Source: Eledone cirrhosa (lineage: Eukaryota). From it: 64,000 nt of DNA. Below the pieces are notes generated by a model. The model was given only the letters and a program-made list of their open reading frames with translations. It did no database searches and was not told the DNA's origin. The position numbers were made by a program, and so were the translations under genes. How positions within the stretch are numbered: position 1 is the first letter of the stretch; the number at the start of each line of letters is the position of its first letter. This document shows, piece by piece, positions 11,596 to 24,310 of the stretch. The DNA is taken from assembly GCA_964016885.1 (NCBI GenBank), contig OZ024741.1:153326001-153390000 (forward strand), in the 5' to 3' direction.

Positions 11596-14375
11596 ATCAT
11601 CATCATCATCATCACCGTTTTACGTCCGTTCTTCCACGCTAGCATGGGTTAGATGGGTTGTCCTGTTGTGGGCAGTGTCTGGTCGGCTGACCATGCCTTG
11701 CTCATACAGGAACTGAGTTGGCTTGATTTCTACAGCTGGATGCCCTTCCTAACACCAACCTCATTTTCAGTGAGTGCTGGGTGCTTTTTCGTGGTGCCTA
11801 CACGTCCACTTTTCAGTGTGGGCTGGGTGCTTTTTTGCCGTGGCACCTCCACGACCACCTTGCAGCGGGAGGGTGTGGGGGCATATTGTCTATATGCTTC
11901 AGCTTGTACCCATGGGAGGTCGGGTACTCTGTATTACTGCGTGACGCCAGAGGTCACGGTCGTGTGTCATTGCCTTTGAGAGGTGTAATTGGGTAAGGTC
12001 GGCTTTTCTCACCTCATCCCAGGTCATCTTGGGTCTCCCCACTCCGCGGTTTCCATCGACTTCTAGTGCTCTGCACCTTTTTATGCAGCTGTCATCCTTC
12101 ATACGCATCACATGTCCATACCAACGCAACCGCCTCTCCTGCACACAGCATTTGATTCCTCTTATGCTCAGTCTCTCTCTCTCAATTCATTTATGCTTTG
12201 TCATTCGCGTATATTACTATTACACATCCATCAGAGCATGCAGGCTTCATTTCTCTCTAATCTACATAAGTCTTCCACCTTCAGCGCCCAGGTCTCACTA
12301 CCATGTAACATTGCTGTTCGGATACACGCATCATACAGTCTGCCTTTCATTTTGAGGGAGAAGCCTTTTGCAGCTAGCAGTGGCAGTAGTTCCCTGAACT
12401 TCTTCCATCCCATTCTTACTCTAGTTATTGTACTTTCTGAACACCCACCTCCGCTGCTAATTCGGTCACGTAGGTAGCAGAAGCTGTCTACTGTCTCTAC
12501 AGAGCCCTCCCAGAGATTGGTGGTACTTGTTTCCTGTGGCTGTTTGCTGCTTGCTGTCCCAGTACAGCTGCTGCATGTGAAGTCTACATTCTTAATTAAG
12601 CTTCCTGAGATCCCGCTACATCTCTTGTGTACCCATTGTTTGCATTTAGGGGCAGAGAATGGAGTTCCTACCTACACCTTTCCTACATACTGAGCAAGGC
12701 CATTTCCCTGAGGGGATCTGGGTTCTGTTTTCTCGTCTACTTACAAGGACCTTAGTCTTTGTCATGTTGACTTTGAGACCCTTTCTTTCTAGTCCCTGCT
12801 TCCAAGTTTGGAATTTCTTCTCTAGTTCTACCATAGATTCAGCTATAAGTGCGAGGTCATCAGCATACAGGAGTTCCCATGCGACGTGGTAATAAAAGTT
12901 AAACTGAATGAATAAGAAGGGCTGCGTTAAATTCTTACGTCGGTCACCACTTTAGCAGTATTAGTTGTAGATGTTATCGAGATGCAAGTGACATAATAAC
13001 AGCAGAAATTAGAGATGAAATATACGTTTATTTTTTGTTGTAGCACAAACAATGGTGTTGTACAGAGGCTGGTATCTGGCGTGTGATCCGTCGGCTTTCC
13101 AGTGGCTGTCTGTCTTTTCTTTCTGGCGTTCTCAACCGGCGTTGTTCTATCAAGGAGCGTGAGGCGTCTTACTACAGTCTTAAACTCCTCCGTTATTGCC
13201 TGCAGGACTATGATGAAGAGGAGAGGGCTAAGAACAGAGCCCTGGTGGACACCAACCTGTACGCTAAATTCCTCGCTATACTCATTGCTAATCCTAACTT
13301 TGTACAGCTTTCTCAAGCCATTCATCTACTCCTAGTTTTCTAAGAGCCTACCAGATTACAGCACGTGGAACTTTGTCAAAGGCTTTCTCGAGATCGACGA
13401 ATGCCAGGTAGAGTGGCTTACTTTTAGCTCGGTACTTTTCCTGTAACTGCCTCACAAGGAAGAGGGTATCAGTGGTGCCTCTTCCTGGTACAAACCCAAA
13501 TTGCATCTCATCTAGTTTCACCCGGTCCCTAATCAACTGTGCTATAACTCTTTCATGACCTGGTCCATCAGCTTTATACCTCTATAGTTTCCTCTATCGA
13601 GTGCATCACCTTTACCTTTGTAGCAGTTGACAATGATGCTACTGCACCAATCTTTTGGTATAACACCTTCTAGTATTACCTGGTTAACAATACGTGTGGT
13701 TATAGTGTGACCTACAGACCCAGATGCCTTCAGCATCTCAGCAGCTATACCCGATGGACCGGTTGCCTTCCCCATCTTCATATCTTTGATTGCCTTACTT
13801 ACTACGCTGCTGCTGACTTGTACTGCTGGCCCCTCTATAGTGTCTACTTGGGTTAGGGTCTCTTCTTCCCATGCATTCTCCTCATTTAGTAATCTATCAT
13901 AATGACTCTTCCATGCATCTTTCTTCTCAGCACTTGTGAGGGCAAGCTCACCTTTATCATTCCGGATACACTTCTCTCCAATGACATCACAATTCTCTCT
14001 GACACACTGCCTCGCAATCTTGAACACCTCCTGTTTCTGGTCCTCACGTTGCAAAACATGCTTGAATTTTCTATCCTCTGCTTCCCTCCTAGCTAAGTAT
14101 ACTTGTCGCCTAGCTTCCCTCTTGGTCTCTATGTAATGTACCCTGCTCCCCCGTTCTTCCATTCTTTCCATGCCTGTCTCTTGGCCTTAACTGCCTCATC
14201 TACCTTATTGTTCCACCACCAAGTCACTCTCCTCCTGCTTGTGGTCTTACTCCAGCCACAGACCTCATCCATCGCCTCTAGTAAGTTATTTTTTAGGAAC
14301 TCCCAGTGCTCTTCTCCATTGAATGTCTCTATCTGTTCTTCTCTACTGTCATAGGCGTTGAGTAAAATATCTTTC
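11596..14375 (-). mobile_element. RTE LINE family A, 5'-truncated and frameshifted
   Basis: KGKGD..RGNYRGI, QFGF, FVDLEKAFD, GVHQGSVLSP, YADD, PHD-like Cys cluster, (GAT)n tail. Confidence 0.95.
12882..13176 (-). mobile_element. Orphan 5' LTR plus tRNA-Trp-like PBS of a Gypsy element, nested in the RTE RT
   Basis: Minus strand starts TGTAGT, contains AATAAA, and is followed by TGGTGACCGACGT (tRNA-Trp PBS is TGGTGACCCCGACGT); it splits the RTE at EFKT|WELLYADD. Confidence 0.6.
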
Positions 14376-15514
14376 AAAAATAAATAAATAAATCATTATT
14401 ATTATTATTTTCTGGATTTTAATTGAAGTGCAGAAGTGAAAGAGTATGTGTTTGAGTTGTTGGGTGAAGAGAAAGATCAAATTTTCGAGGAAATAGGGGC
14501 TGGTGGAACAGAGAAGAAGTAAGGTTTAAAGGAGGTTGTAGAAGGAGGAACAGAGGATGGCATGCATGAAAAGATGGGAGGATAAGGTAAGGATGGGCTC
14601 AATAGAGGGTGACAAGTAGAAAGTGGGGGAGGGGTGAAAACCTAGTGGGTTGTGATGAAGGGGTAAATACCAAGATGCCAGGTAGAATTCTATGTTTGAA
14701 TTAGGAGTGTTGTGTAAGCATTTAAAATATGGTTCAAGATTAAAAAAGACAGATACAATTACACAAAGTCTTATTAGTTTCACGATTGTTGGAAAAAGAA
14801 AAGGAATGTTTCAACATATTGGTCATTAGTCTTTCATTAGGAAAGAGTAAAACTAGGAGAAAGAGGATGTTTATCAGAAGGAATGAGGTGGGTGGGCATG
14901 TAGTTCAACATGCAAAGAATGGGTGTTGAGGTGGTTGCGGAGTGTCTCGGTCTCTCATTGGTTCTGTTATGTGTGTGCAGATGAGGTGCATTTTGTGAGT
15001 GTGTGTATATGTGTGTTGGAGTGACGTATATTTTGTTCATGATGGTGTATATGTGTCTCTCTCTTGGTGTATTGTCAGCATGAAAGTGTCTGTTCAGTTA
15101 TGTGTGTGTAAGTGTATGTCTGGTAGGTTGTATGTATGTGTACGTTGTTTATGTATGTGTGTCTGAGTAAGTGTATGCATGTCTATATGTATGTGTATAT
15201 GCATGTGTATCTGTCTAGATTTTTGTGTGTGTGTATGTATATATACTATATGAGAGACCTAAAATGTATTCCATGTATATGTGTGTTGCAGTGGTGTATA
15301 TTTTGTTCATGATTGTATGTGTGTGGTTTGGTCCACGTGTGTGTTTGTGTATGTATACATGTGTAGTTGACAGAATGTGTGTTGTGTCTACATCCATGTG
15401 TGTGTAGTTTTGTAGTTGGAGAAAAGTGTGTCCAAAATGATAGTGGAGCACTAACTCTGACATTACGAGAGACTGATGAATGAAAAGAATAAATGGGAGA
15501 GTGAGGACCTGCCC

Positions 15515-17520
15515 CATGTAAAATTAACTAAGGGGTCAGCCATAAAAGTCAACAGCAATGTGATAGCTATAGCAATTAAAAATATAAAGCTAAGAAGGCA
15601 TTGGGACCATCAGTAGCTGAGATGCTATAAACATCTGGCATGGTGAGTTACAGGGTAGTCAAACTCATAATTAATGAAGTGGTTCAAAATGGTGTCATAC
15701 CTAATGACTGGCATAGCATTATCACTGTAAACTGTTACAAGGGCAAAGGAGATTCACTAGAGAGAGGTAAATACAGAGGCATGAAATTGATGGACCACGT
15801 CATGATGGTTATTGAAAGGGTTATCATCATGATTGTGACCACAGTCAAACATTCCTGACAAAGTCTCTCCACAATTCACGATTTTCCATTACTCTCTACT
15901 GAGGTTTGTATCATCTGAGAATTGATCAATGAAGGTTTGAGCAAGTCTTCCCTCTAGTGCATTTCCCATGAGTTGGTTCCCACAATAGTAGCTTGTGTAT
16001 AACTTCCTGCTTGCTTCTCCAGCAACGTCCTACAAATTGCAACTGTCTTTGAGCAATTGTAGTTATCTTCGGCAAGTTTCCATATAAACTTTCATTTGTA
16101 ATATGTTGACACTAGTTTATATTTTATACAACCCTAAGCATTTTAATGTATACACCAGCTAGTGTCTTCTCAAAGGTTATAGTACAACTAATTGAAGATA
16201 GAATCAATTTAGATGAGATGCAGTTCAATTTTATGTCAGATATTAACAATGCCCTCTTCCTTGTGAGACAACTGCAGGAGAAGTACTTAGCCAAGAGTAA
16301 ACCTCCGTGCATGGCATTTGTAGATCTGGAGAAGCCTTCAACAGAGTCCTCTGCTCTATCATTTGGAGGGCAGTAAGGGAGCTAGAAACAGATAAGTGGC
16401 TCATGTTTGCCATGCAAGCCATGTATGGAGGTGCAACCAGCAAGATGAGAGTTGACAATGAGTACAGTACTGAATTTGAAGTGTAGGTGGGGGTCCACCA
16501 GAGCTTAGTCCTCAACCCACTCCTGTTTAATGCCCTTCAGGCCATAACTGTGGAGTTTAAAACTGGCACTCAATGGGAATTCCTGTATGCAGACAATTTA
16601 GTTCTTATAGCTGAATCTCTGAACGAGCTAGACACAAATTTCCAAGCATGGAAGAAAAACCTAAAGTTGGAAGGCCTAAAAGTAAACTTCACAAAGACAA
16701 AATCTTAATATGTTGGAAGGAGGACTGGAAACTGTTACCATCAGAGAAGTGGACTTGCTCAATGTATACAAAATAACCTATGGACACACAAAAGATGTAG
16801 TGGGGTTCTAGGCAGGTTAACAGAGAAGATTTTAAATGTGCTACATGCACAGGAAAGCTAAGCATGAAAAGCACACATGAAATAGATTTGCTCATTTGCT
16901 AGGGGAGCTTCCTAGAGGTTGTTGATAGCTCTTGTTACCTAGGTGACCTAATCAGCAGTGGTAGGGGATACTCTGAAAGCATGGTAGCCAGAGTAAGAAC
17001 AGGCTGGAAGAGGTTTAAAAACTAATAACTCTGCTGACAACAAAGAACTTTTCTCTCAGAGTGGAAGGTAGACTGTATGATGCCTGTGTGTGAACTGCAA
17101 TGCTACATGGCTATGAGACATAGGCCTTGACTGCAGAAAACCTACGAAGGATAAAAAAAATGAAGAAAGTATGCTCCAATGGACGTGTAATGTCAGTGTG
17201 CATGACTGACATAGTATAAACAAACTGAGAGAAAAAAAGACGAATTGGATGTAGAATGCAAGAGAGAAAACTGTGTTGGTATAGACATGGAATGTGTATG
17301 GAGGATAATAGCTGTATAAAGAAATGTGGAGAAATTTCAGTGGATGGGACTCATGGAAGAGACAGACCCAAGAAGACACTAATGAGGTACTGAGGTCTGA
17401 ACCTCACACCAGAGATGACAAAGAGGAGTCGCAACATGCTGTAGTAGTGGAAACCTGCATACCAGCATATGTAACCTGGCACATTTCACATGCCCGACCT
17501 CCAACTATCACTCCTTAGAA
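15515..17520 (+). mobile_element. Old, degenerate RTE LINE family A copy
   Basis: CYKGKGD, AFVDLEK, GVHQ, LYADNL remnants with many stops. Confidence 0.85.
15825..16170 (-). mobile_element. 3' fragment of a second RTE family (B) nested in family A; another copy at ~39960-40170 (+)
   Basis: HITNESLYGNLP...LLLWEPTHG; aaggttat-like duplication on both sides. Confidence 0.7.
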
Positions 17521-18852
17521 GCCATTCACCACCATTTAAAGAGCCCCCACCCACCACCTCGTATACAACCAGCCATCCCCTACTCTATCCAGGAGCACCC
17601 TCTCTACAAGTCCTAACCACCCTACCCTCACCCCCAAAATATTAATACACCAGCTATAGTCCCTTCCCCATCACTGTAGTACCACAACACCTCCTATGCT
17701 ACTAGAGGTCACCACATCCTAACACCCACACTCTATCCAAGTTCATCACTCTGACCAAAATCACCCCCTATACCCTAAAATCCTAACACATCAATCATAA
17801 CCCTACCCCCTCCTATAGAGTAGGGTGAGCCCTTCAATTAAGTCAATGAAATATCCCTAGCACTGGAAGCTATGCCAAAAGAGTCGAGGGAATCAAGGGC
17901 ACAACAATTTCTCTAGCATTGGTGATATAGATAATAAATGCACTCAGCATACTCTGTTAAATGGTTGGCGATAAGAAGGGCATCCAGCCATAGAAGCTGT
18001 CCAAACAAAGTGTCAGAAGGGCTCCTCAACTGTATCAAAGTCACAAGAACCTCTCTAGTGGTGGTGATTTACACAATAAATGCACCAGTGCAATAAATAC
18101 ACCAGTGCAATCTGTAAAAGCATCGAACTGCAGAAAACCTGCCAAACAAACAGTCAGGAGGACTCTTCAGCTGTGCCAAGGATTTGACAACCTCCCTAGT
18201 ATTAGAGCCACCAAAAATGAACTAAGTAAAGAGTGGACATTTTTTTGTAAGCGTGATGTGGGCTCTCAAGCCTGCCTGATCACCCATTCCACTTGGATAT
18301 CTTTTTAGATTACTGGATTTTCTGATAGCTTTTTGCTTTATACCAATATATCATGATTCACCACCACTTTTCCTCCACTATTCTCTTACAACTATTCCCT
18401 TCTCACCATTCTATTTCTCTCCCACCTTGGTACCCCCTCTTGTTTCCTCTCCCATCTTAATCTACTCTCCACCCATGCGTTTTCACTTAAATTATTTTTC
18501 GTTTCTGCCACTGCCCAGTCTCTCCTGTCTTTCTATTTCTTCTTTAATTTCTCATTCTATTTTCTAATGAAGGACTAGCGTCCAAAAAGTTAAGACTCTT
18601 TTCCTACTATATCAAACATAAAACTAATAATATATTTCTTTATTGTATTGTGTTGTTTACTTTGTTATTTCTGTTTGCCTTTTGCATACATACATACATA
18701 AATATATAAATACATCCATGCTAGCGTGGAAAACGGACGTTGAACGAAGATGATGGGGATGTTGATGATGATGATGATGATGATGATACATACATACATA
18801 CATACATACATACATACATACATACATACATACATACATTCATACATACATA

Positions 18853-19032
18853 CATCTTTATTATATATATAGAAATAACTTCTACAGGAATAGAACTGTT
18901 TCATTTGTATGAAACAGTTCTAGTCCTGTAGAAGTCAATTCTATATATAATAAAGATGCCTATACTCTACCAATGTATTGAGTACCTTTTTTAACTGTTT
19001 TTACCCCTCCGACACAACCTCGGGAATCTACA

Positions 19033-19036
<4 letters not shown>
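18853..19036. mobile_element. Short fold-back element (palindrome 18853-18958) ending in (TA)n
   Basis: Near-perfect palindrome centred at ttgt (18905-18908), right next to a GAAAC.GUU hammerhead-like 3' half. Confidence 0.6.
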
Positions 19037-19085
<49 letters not shown>

Positions 19086-19090
<5 letters not shown>

Positions 19091-19220
19091 ATAATATTAA
19101 TAAATGGAAACTATCTTTATAAAATGCTAGCGTACCAAAATATTGGTACCCTTAAAATATATATAATAAAATAAATATAATTTTATAAAGATAGTTTCCA
19201 TTTATTAATATTATTGATAT
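19086..19220. mobile_element. Fold-back fragment of the family at 46050-46378, truncated inside the hammerhead
   Basis: Arms 19086-19124 and 19181-19220; shares agcgtaccaaa...ttggtaccctt. Confidence 0.75.
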
Positions 19221-19300
19221 TATCATCCAGAAGAATCTTGTTGAGTGCTTCTAATCTGTTATAAGTTAACTTTGTTGAATAATCAACAAATTAAATAACT

Positions 19301-19334
<34 letters not shown>

Positions 19335-19336
<2 letters not shown>

Positions 19337-19447
19337 CGAAGGAAATGTAGTAAGGAACCAGGTGGACCATAACGCACCAAAGTACTCAATACTTAGGGTA
19401 GTAGAGTGGGTAATAGGAACCAGTAAGACCCCCTTACTGGTTCCTAT
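19335..19447 (-). mobile_element. Short PLE-like 3' end with inverted tip; same family as 41132-41275
   Basis: Near-identical sequence, (TA)n on both sides. Confidence 0.7.
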
Positions 19448-19467
19448 ATATATATATATATATATAT

Positions 19468-20737
19468 GTGGTAACACAACAGTTAGTTCACCATATCGAG
19501 AACAATTGTTTCACCTTAGCGGATCTTCAGCTTGTAATGGACATGGTTATACGGAACAGGAAGGACAACCGTATGAACGTGCATGCGCAGGAACGGTCAC
19601 TTCACCCAGGCAATACAAAACTGCGTGCGAGAGGTATAAGGGAGATAACTGCGAAAGTCCAAAAGTTTCTAGTTGATAAGAAAATTAGGATGTTGTTGTT
19701 GTTCAATCCGGAGTTTTGTTGTTATGTAAGAGGTGTTTCCAGACATGTGGACAACGTGTGAAGAATTCATTTCTTTAGTTTAGGCAATCACTATTGCGTA
19801 ATCTCTGTAGAACATTTATCCATTCATCAATACATAGTCCACAAGACGGATTGCTCCTTGGGTATGGCTTGGACTTAATGATGGCTTTCCATTGAATGGA
19901 GTAGTCTATACTTGAGTCCTTGAGGGACCATATGTGGCTCGCAAGTTTTGTGGATGATCATTTGTCCAGGTACCTAAAGGTCGACTGATGGTTCAGGAAG
20001 CGTTCCTTAAATTAGGCCTCTGCCATACCCACATAGGATTTGACCTCCTGTGGTTGATTTGGTCGGTTGGAAGTGACCACAGCTTCATAAACTATGGCGG
20101 ATGTGTTGTATTGCTGTCGAAGGGGACAAGCTTCAGGCTTTCGGCAAGAGCACCCTGGTGGGGTGTTGCTCTTAGGGCTGTTAGTGATGTGGGCCTTCAT
20201 ATTATTAGCGCAGGAGTACCCTAGTTTTACTTTGTGTCTGTTAAAGATGGAGCGGTATTTGTGACCTATACGAAAGTGTCTATCTAAGAATGCTAACAAT
20301 TTGTTTCCTACATTAGTTTTAACATTGAGTGAGAAGGTGGGAGAGAACCAGATAGTTTGTCTATTGTTACGCTTTCTTTTCTTATTGCTGTTGTTGTTAG
20401 TGGGAGAGTAAGTGATAGGTTGCGAGAAGCCGCTATTAGCTAACGCCGTGTTATGGTAGGGTGTCACTCTGTCAAAGATAGCCTTATTAGAGGAGAGGTT
20501 AGAGATTCTAGTACTGATATTATTTATGAAGTTTCTAAAAACAGTGGGAGGGTGGCATGAGTCCTTGTGAATGTAATTGAGTTTTTCGTTAAGTTTATGG
20601 AAGGGTCTGTAGGTGTGTGTGCGAAGGTCTAAATTAATGTCTAAGAAATCTATGCTAGAGAGGTTGGAAGCTACTGTTATCCTAAGTCCTAACTCATTGA
20701 AGGTGGAAGTTAAGTCTTTTTTAAACCGGTCGAGGTC
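19468..20737 (-). mobile_element. 5'-truncated Penelope-like element (RT thumb + GIY-YIG endonuclease), Hydra-like
   Basis: IDFLDINL, YIHKDSCHPP, WFSP..VKTNVG, CSCRKPEACPL (CxCx5C), IVYEA..YVG; 3' end abuts (TA)n. Confidence 0.85.
19497..19534 (-). ncRNA. Type I hammerhead ribozyme in the PLE 3' end
   Basis: CAAG-CUGAAGA-UCCGCUAAGGU-GAAA-CAAUUG-UU-CUCG; palindromic stem III, helix I has one mismatch. Confidence 0.65.
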
Positions 20738-20738
20738 G

Positions 20739-21075
20739 TGATTGGCAGTATTGGTAGAGGGTCAGACGCCATGCTTTGACGCATAGAGTTACGGCCCTTG
20801 CCATTCTGAGTTCAAATCCCGCCGAGGTTAACTTTGCCTTTCATCCTTACGGAGTCGATAAAATAAAGTACCAGTAATGCACTGGGTTATTGCTGGCCTT
20901 GTGCCAATAGTGGCATTATCGGTAGAGAGTCGGACGCCATGCTTTGACGCCCTTGCCATTCTGAGTTCAAATCCCGCCGAGGTTAACTTTGCCTTTCAAC
21001 CTTATGGGGTCGATAAAGTAAAGTACCAGTAATACACTAGGTAATTTGCTGACCTTGTGCCAAAGTAGAAACAAT
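20739..21075 (+). mobile_element. Tandem dimer of the tRNA/Meta-like SINE
   Basis: Two adjacent copies with gttcaaatcccgccgagg...tttgcctttca. Confidence 0.8.
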
Positions 21076-21426
21076 TATATTACATTATGTCATGAGTTAC
21101 CTCCCTTAGACTACACTCTTTTTACTGATTGTATTATGTAAAGGGCATTCATAAATTTAAACAAATTGCTTAGTACTTTATTAAAACTGATGTGGACTGC
21201 AGGAAACGTTTGCTAATTCCCCAGTATCATATTGGTACTTTATTAATACCGGTGAGAGCTACAAGATTTATTTAACTATGACAGTTTTTAATCAGGGAAC
21301 AATGAGCAGCCAAGACGATATAAAGTGTTTAGTCTAGCTCTAACAAATATTGCAACATGTCTACTTAAAACAATGATATTTATTATTTAACCATATTGAT
21401 ACCGACCCACCCAAGATCGCTTAAGG

Positions 21427-21760
21427 CAGAGGTTCTCAAACTTTTGGGGCCATCGCCCCCCTCACAGCCACGTAATACCCTCAGCGCTCCCGCCCCTATT
21501 TCTAGAGAAACCTGCCTACACGCAAATTGTAAACAATATATGATAAATAAAATCGTCAATTTATATGTAATAAGTAATATAAGTATAAATAAATATTATA
21601 TATTTTTTATTTTACTATATTTATATATAATATGTATCATTTAACATTTAATATAATCTCTACGGCCCCGCTCTCCAACATCCCCTTAGGCCCCAGCGTC
21701 CCCTGGACCTTCTCAACATCCAGGGAAGAGGGGAAGTAACACCCACTTTGAGAACCTCTG
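21427..21760. mobile_element. hAT (Charlie-like) MITE
   Basis: TIR cagaggttctcaaa / tttgagaacctctg; imperfect 8-bp TSD gcttaagg / ccctaagg. Confidence 0.75.
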
Positions 21761-22220
21761 CCCTAAGGTTTTATTATAAAAATAATTTATTTTGAATGCT
21801 CACATTCAAATTAAAACTGCCCAACAATTTTGTTTCAGAATATCTTATGTTTTAAAGCTTACTAATAACGACAATGATGTTTTACTAAATTCCTACGAAT
21901 AGTTTTTATTATTTTGAAAATGAAGTGGAAAATATAAGCAGTATATCTCAACAAAAATATAGAAATGAGAAGTTTAATCAAGTTGATTTGCATACTGTCA
22001 CTTTTGATGAAATTCTACACAATCTCTATTCTATCCAACAGTTCTACACAATCAACAGATACTGTCAGATAGATAAAACTTATAAATGTTGATTAGTTTG
22101 GCAAAGTTCTAGTTCATTAACCTCAGGTCAACCTAGATCAAACACATTCCAGTTGTGACCTTCCCATCTTTTTTAGTGGCACAGTGTATCTAGATTTGTC
22201 CTTTCCCTTTTAAGGAAGAG

Positions 22221-22585
22221 CAGTGGTCCCCAACTTGAATTCTATATATAGTAGACGGGAATGGGGCCTTGAGTTAAGTTCAACATTTCAAATATTTTGT
22301 TAAAAACAATGTTTACACATTTTTGGATATCCATTCTTCTCTAAGTATAAACATTTCTCTCTTTCAATTGTTATTCCACTGTATAACAATTTTAAGTACT
22401 TTGTTAAAATCATAATAAATACACACTATTAGGTATCCATTCTTCTCTATAAACATTTCTCTTTTTTTATTTGTATTCTCATTTTATAACAATCTGGAAA
22501 GAGATTAATTGAACTAGGGGGTATATGGAAAAAATTCATTTAAAATAAAAGATGTGCTTTATAGCAAAACAGTTAGGAACTACTG
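22221..22585. mobile_element. Decayed hAT-like MITE
   Basis: Imperfect TIR cagtggtccccaac / gttaggaactactg. Confidence 0.45.
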
Positions 22586-23134
22586 AGGTAAGGTGCAATT
22601 TGGGAAATATTTAGCTGCTATTTTTAGCATGGCAACTAACTATGTAGTGACTCCATCACTTGCTTGAGGTTGACAAAGTAGATATGAACTGTGGAATAAC
22701 TATAATTAATGATAAACATATTGACTGAACTTGCAGATGTCAATTTTACAATCACTATCTGTAGATATCTAATTTGTTGCAATCTGAAGATGCTGATTAA
22801 ATAAACACTACGTTGATAGTGAATGGATATGCTACAGATTTCAGCTGGATAGATGCAGTTTGTGCATGCCAGCAAGATGGTTGGAAATTGTCGATATTGA
22901 CTAAGCAAAGACTACAATAAATATCACCTAAATATATGCTCTCAAATATATAGTAGGTGCTAAACCTTATATCTTAGAAGTTATTCTTGAATGAGTTAAC
23001 TATTTATTAAAATATATTTACAATTTTCCTGTACAAGTACAGAAATAAAATGACCAAGTAAGGAGGGCCTAGGATTACACAAAACACAGATCATAAGTTC
23101 TTACTGGCTGCAAATATTTAAATGCGTCTCTTAA

Positions 23135-23340
23135 CCCTTTAGCGTTTAAACCGGCCATATCCGGCCAGAATTCTCTCACCTCTTTCTGTTCAAACCAACT
23201 GTAATCAGCCACTCATACCGACGTTAAGGTAGTGTTCTCAAAGTAAGTAATATCAAAATCATAGATTCGATGTTAGGTGAGGTAAAGCATTTACTGTGAA
23301 AATACAATAGTATATATAGAGAAATGCAAATGCTAAAGGG
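23135..23340. mobile_element. piggyBac-like MITE (second copy at 57408-57615)
   Basis: TTAA|CCCTTTAGC ... GCTAAAGGG|TTAA. Confidence 0.8.
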
Positions 23341-23956
23341 TTAAACCACCATATATACTCATGTATAAGTTGTGCCTTTTCTCACAAAATACATGAAAAC
23401 CGTGTGTAATTTAGTTACTGGACTTATAAAACCTCAATTCATGTTCTGTGTAAAATGGAGGAGTAAATTATTTAGTAGACCTACTAAACTTCAATCCAAA
23501 ATATTATAGTACATTGTAAATGATGTATGCAAAATGGAAGTGTGTGGCTTATATATGAATTTATACAGTTAGCCTTTTATTTTAAATGGCTAAGTTAACC
23601 AAACTGGAAAGGTTACATAGTATTGTCTTGTGTGAGATTTAGTCTTCATCAACTTAACATTACTGAATGTAGAACTAAGCACTGACAAGTGATGATAAGT
23701 TAGATCTAAAGTACTAACTACCTGAGTCAAACACTAAATTGGTAGTGTTGTTAAAGTTGGGGACAAAATGTTTTATGATATCTTCTGGATCTGTTTACTT
23801 TGGGTTTGAATTCTACTAAAGTCGACTTTTCTGACTTTCAGTATTGCTTTCAGGCTACCTTTGAAATACCTTTTCTAGCCACCAACTCTTCTTTTCCCGG
23901 TAGCCAGCTCACCACAAGGGAGTTTTTTTCGGTCTACACATATTGTTTGTGTAGAC

Positions 23957-24249
23957 TGTGGGTATGGTGTGGTGGCCGGGGGCGGGGGGGGGGGGGGGGG
24001 GGGGGGGGGGAGTGCTCGACCGGAAGGGGTTTTTGAGTGCTCGACCAGAAGGGGTCTTTGACCGGAAGGATGCTCGACCGGAAGGGCCAGGAGAGGGCCT
24101 CTCTCTAGTGGTGACCAGCATACGGTGAGGACGCGTTTTGGGCAGCTCCCGGTGTTAAGCAGTCGGACGCACGTGGAAGAGGAGTACCTGCAGTGGAATT
24201 TAGCGGCGCCTGTGAAAAGCGGTAAGTGAGATAGCTTTTTCTAACCACA
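23957..24249 (+). repeat. 5' LTR (poly-G tract, four gacc(g/a)gaagg units)
   Basis: About three substitutions versus the 3' LTR outside the poly-G tract. Confidence 0.95.
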
Positions 24250-24261
24250 AGCTATTTCGGC
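24250..24261 (+). promoter_or_regulatory. Primer-binding site complementary to tRNA-Phe nt 1-12
   Basis: AGCTATTTCGGC is the reverse complement of GCCGAAATAGCT, the conserved metazoan tRNA-Phe(GAA) 5' end; it directly abuts the LTR CA. Confidence 0.8.
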
Positions 24262-24310
24262 GACTGAAAAAAAAAAAAAAGAAAACACTTGCCGCAAAAC
24301 AAATCAGAAG

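Noticed and set aside
24250-24261. Tf1-style self-priming as the explanation for the PBS
   Set aside because: The LTR complement is only 9 nt with a G.U pair and lies in U5 near the LTR end; the tRNA-Phe match is perfect over 12 nt. Not fully excluded.
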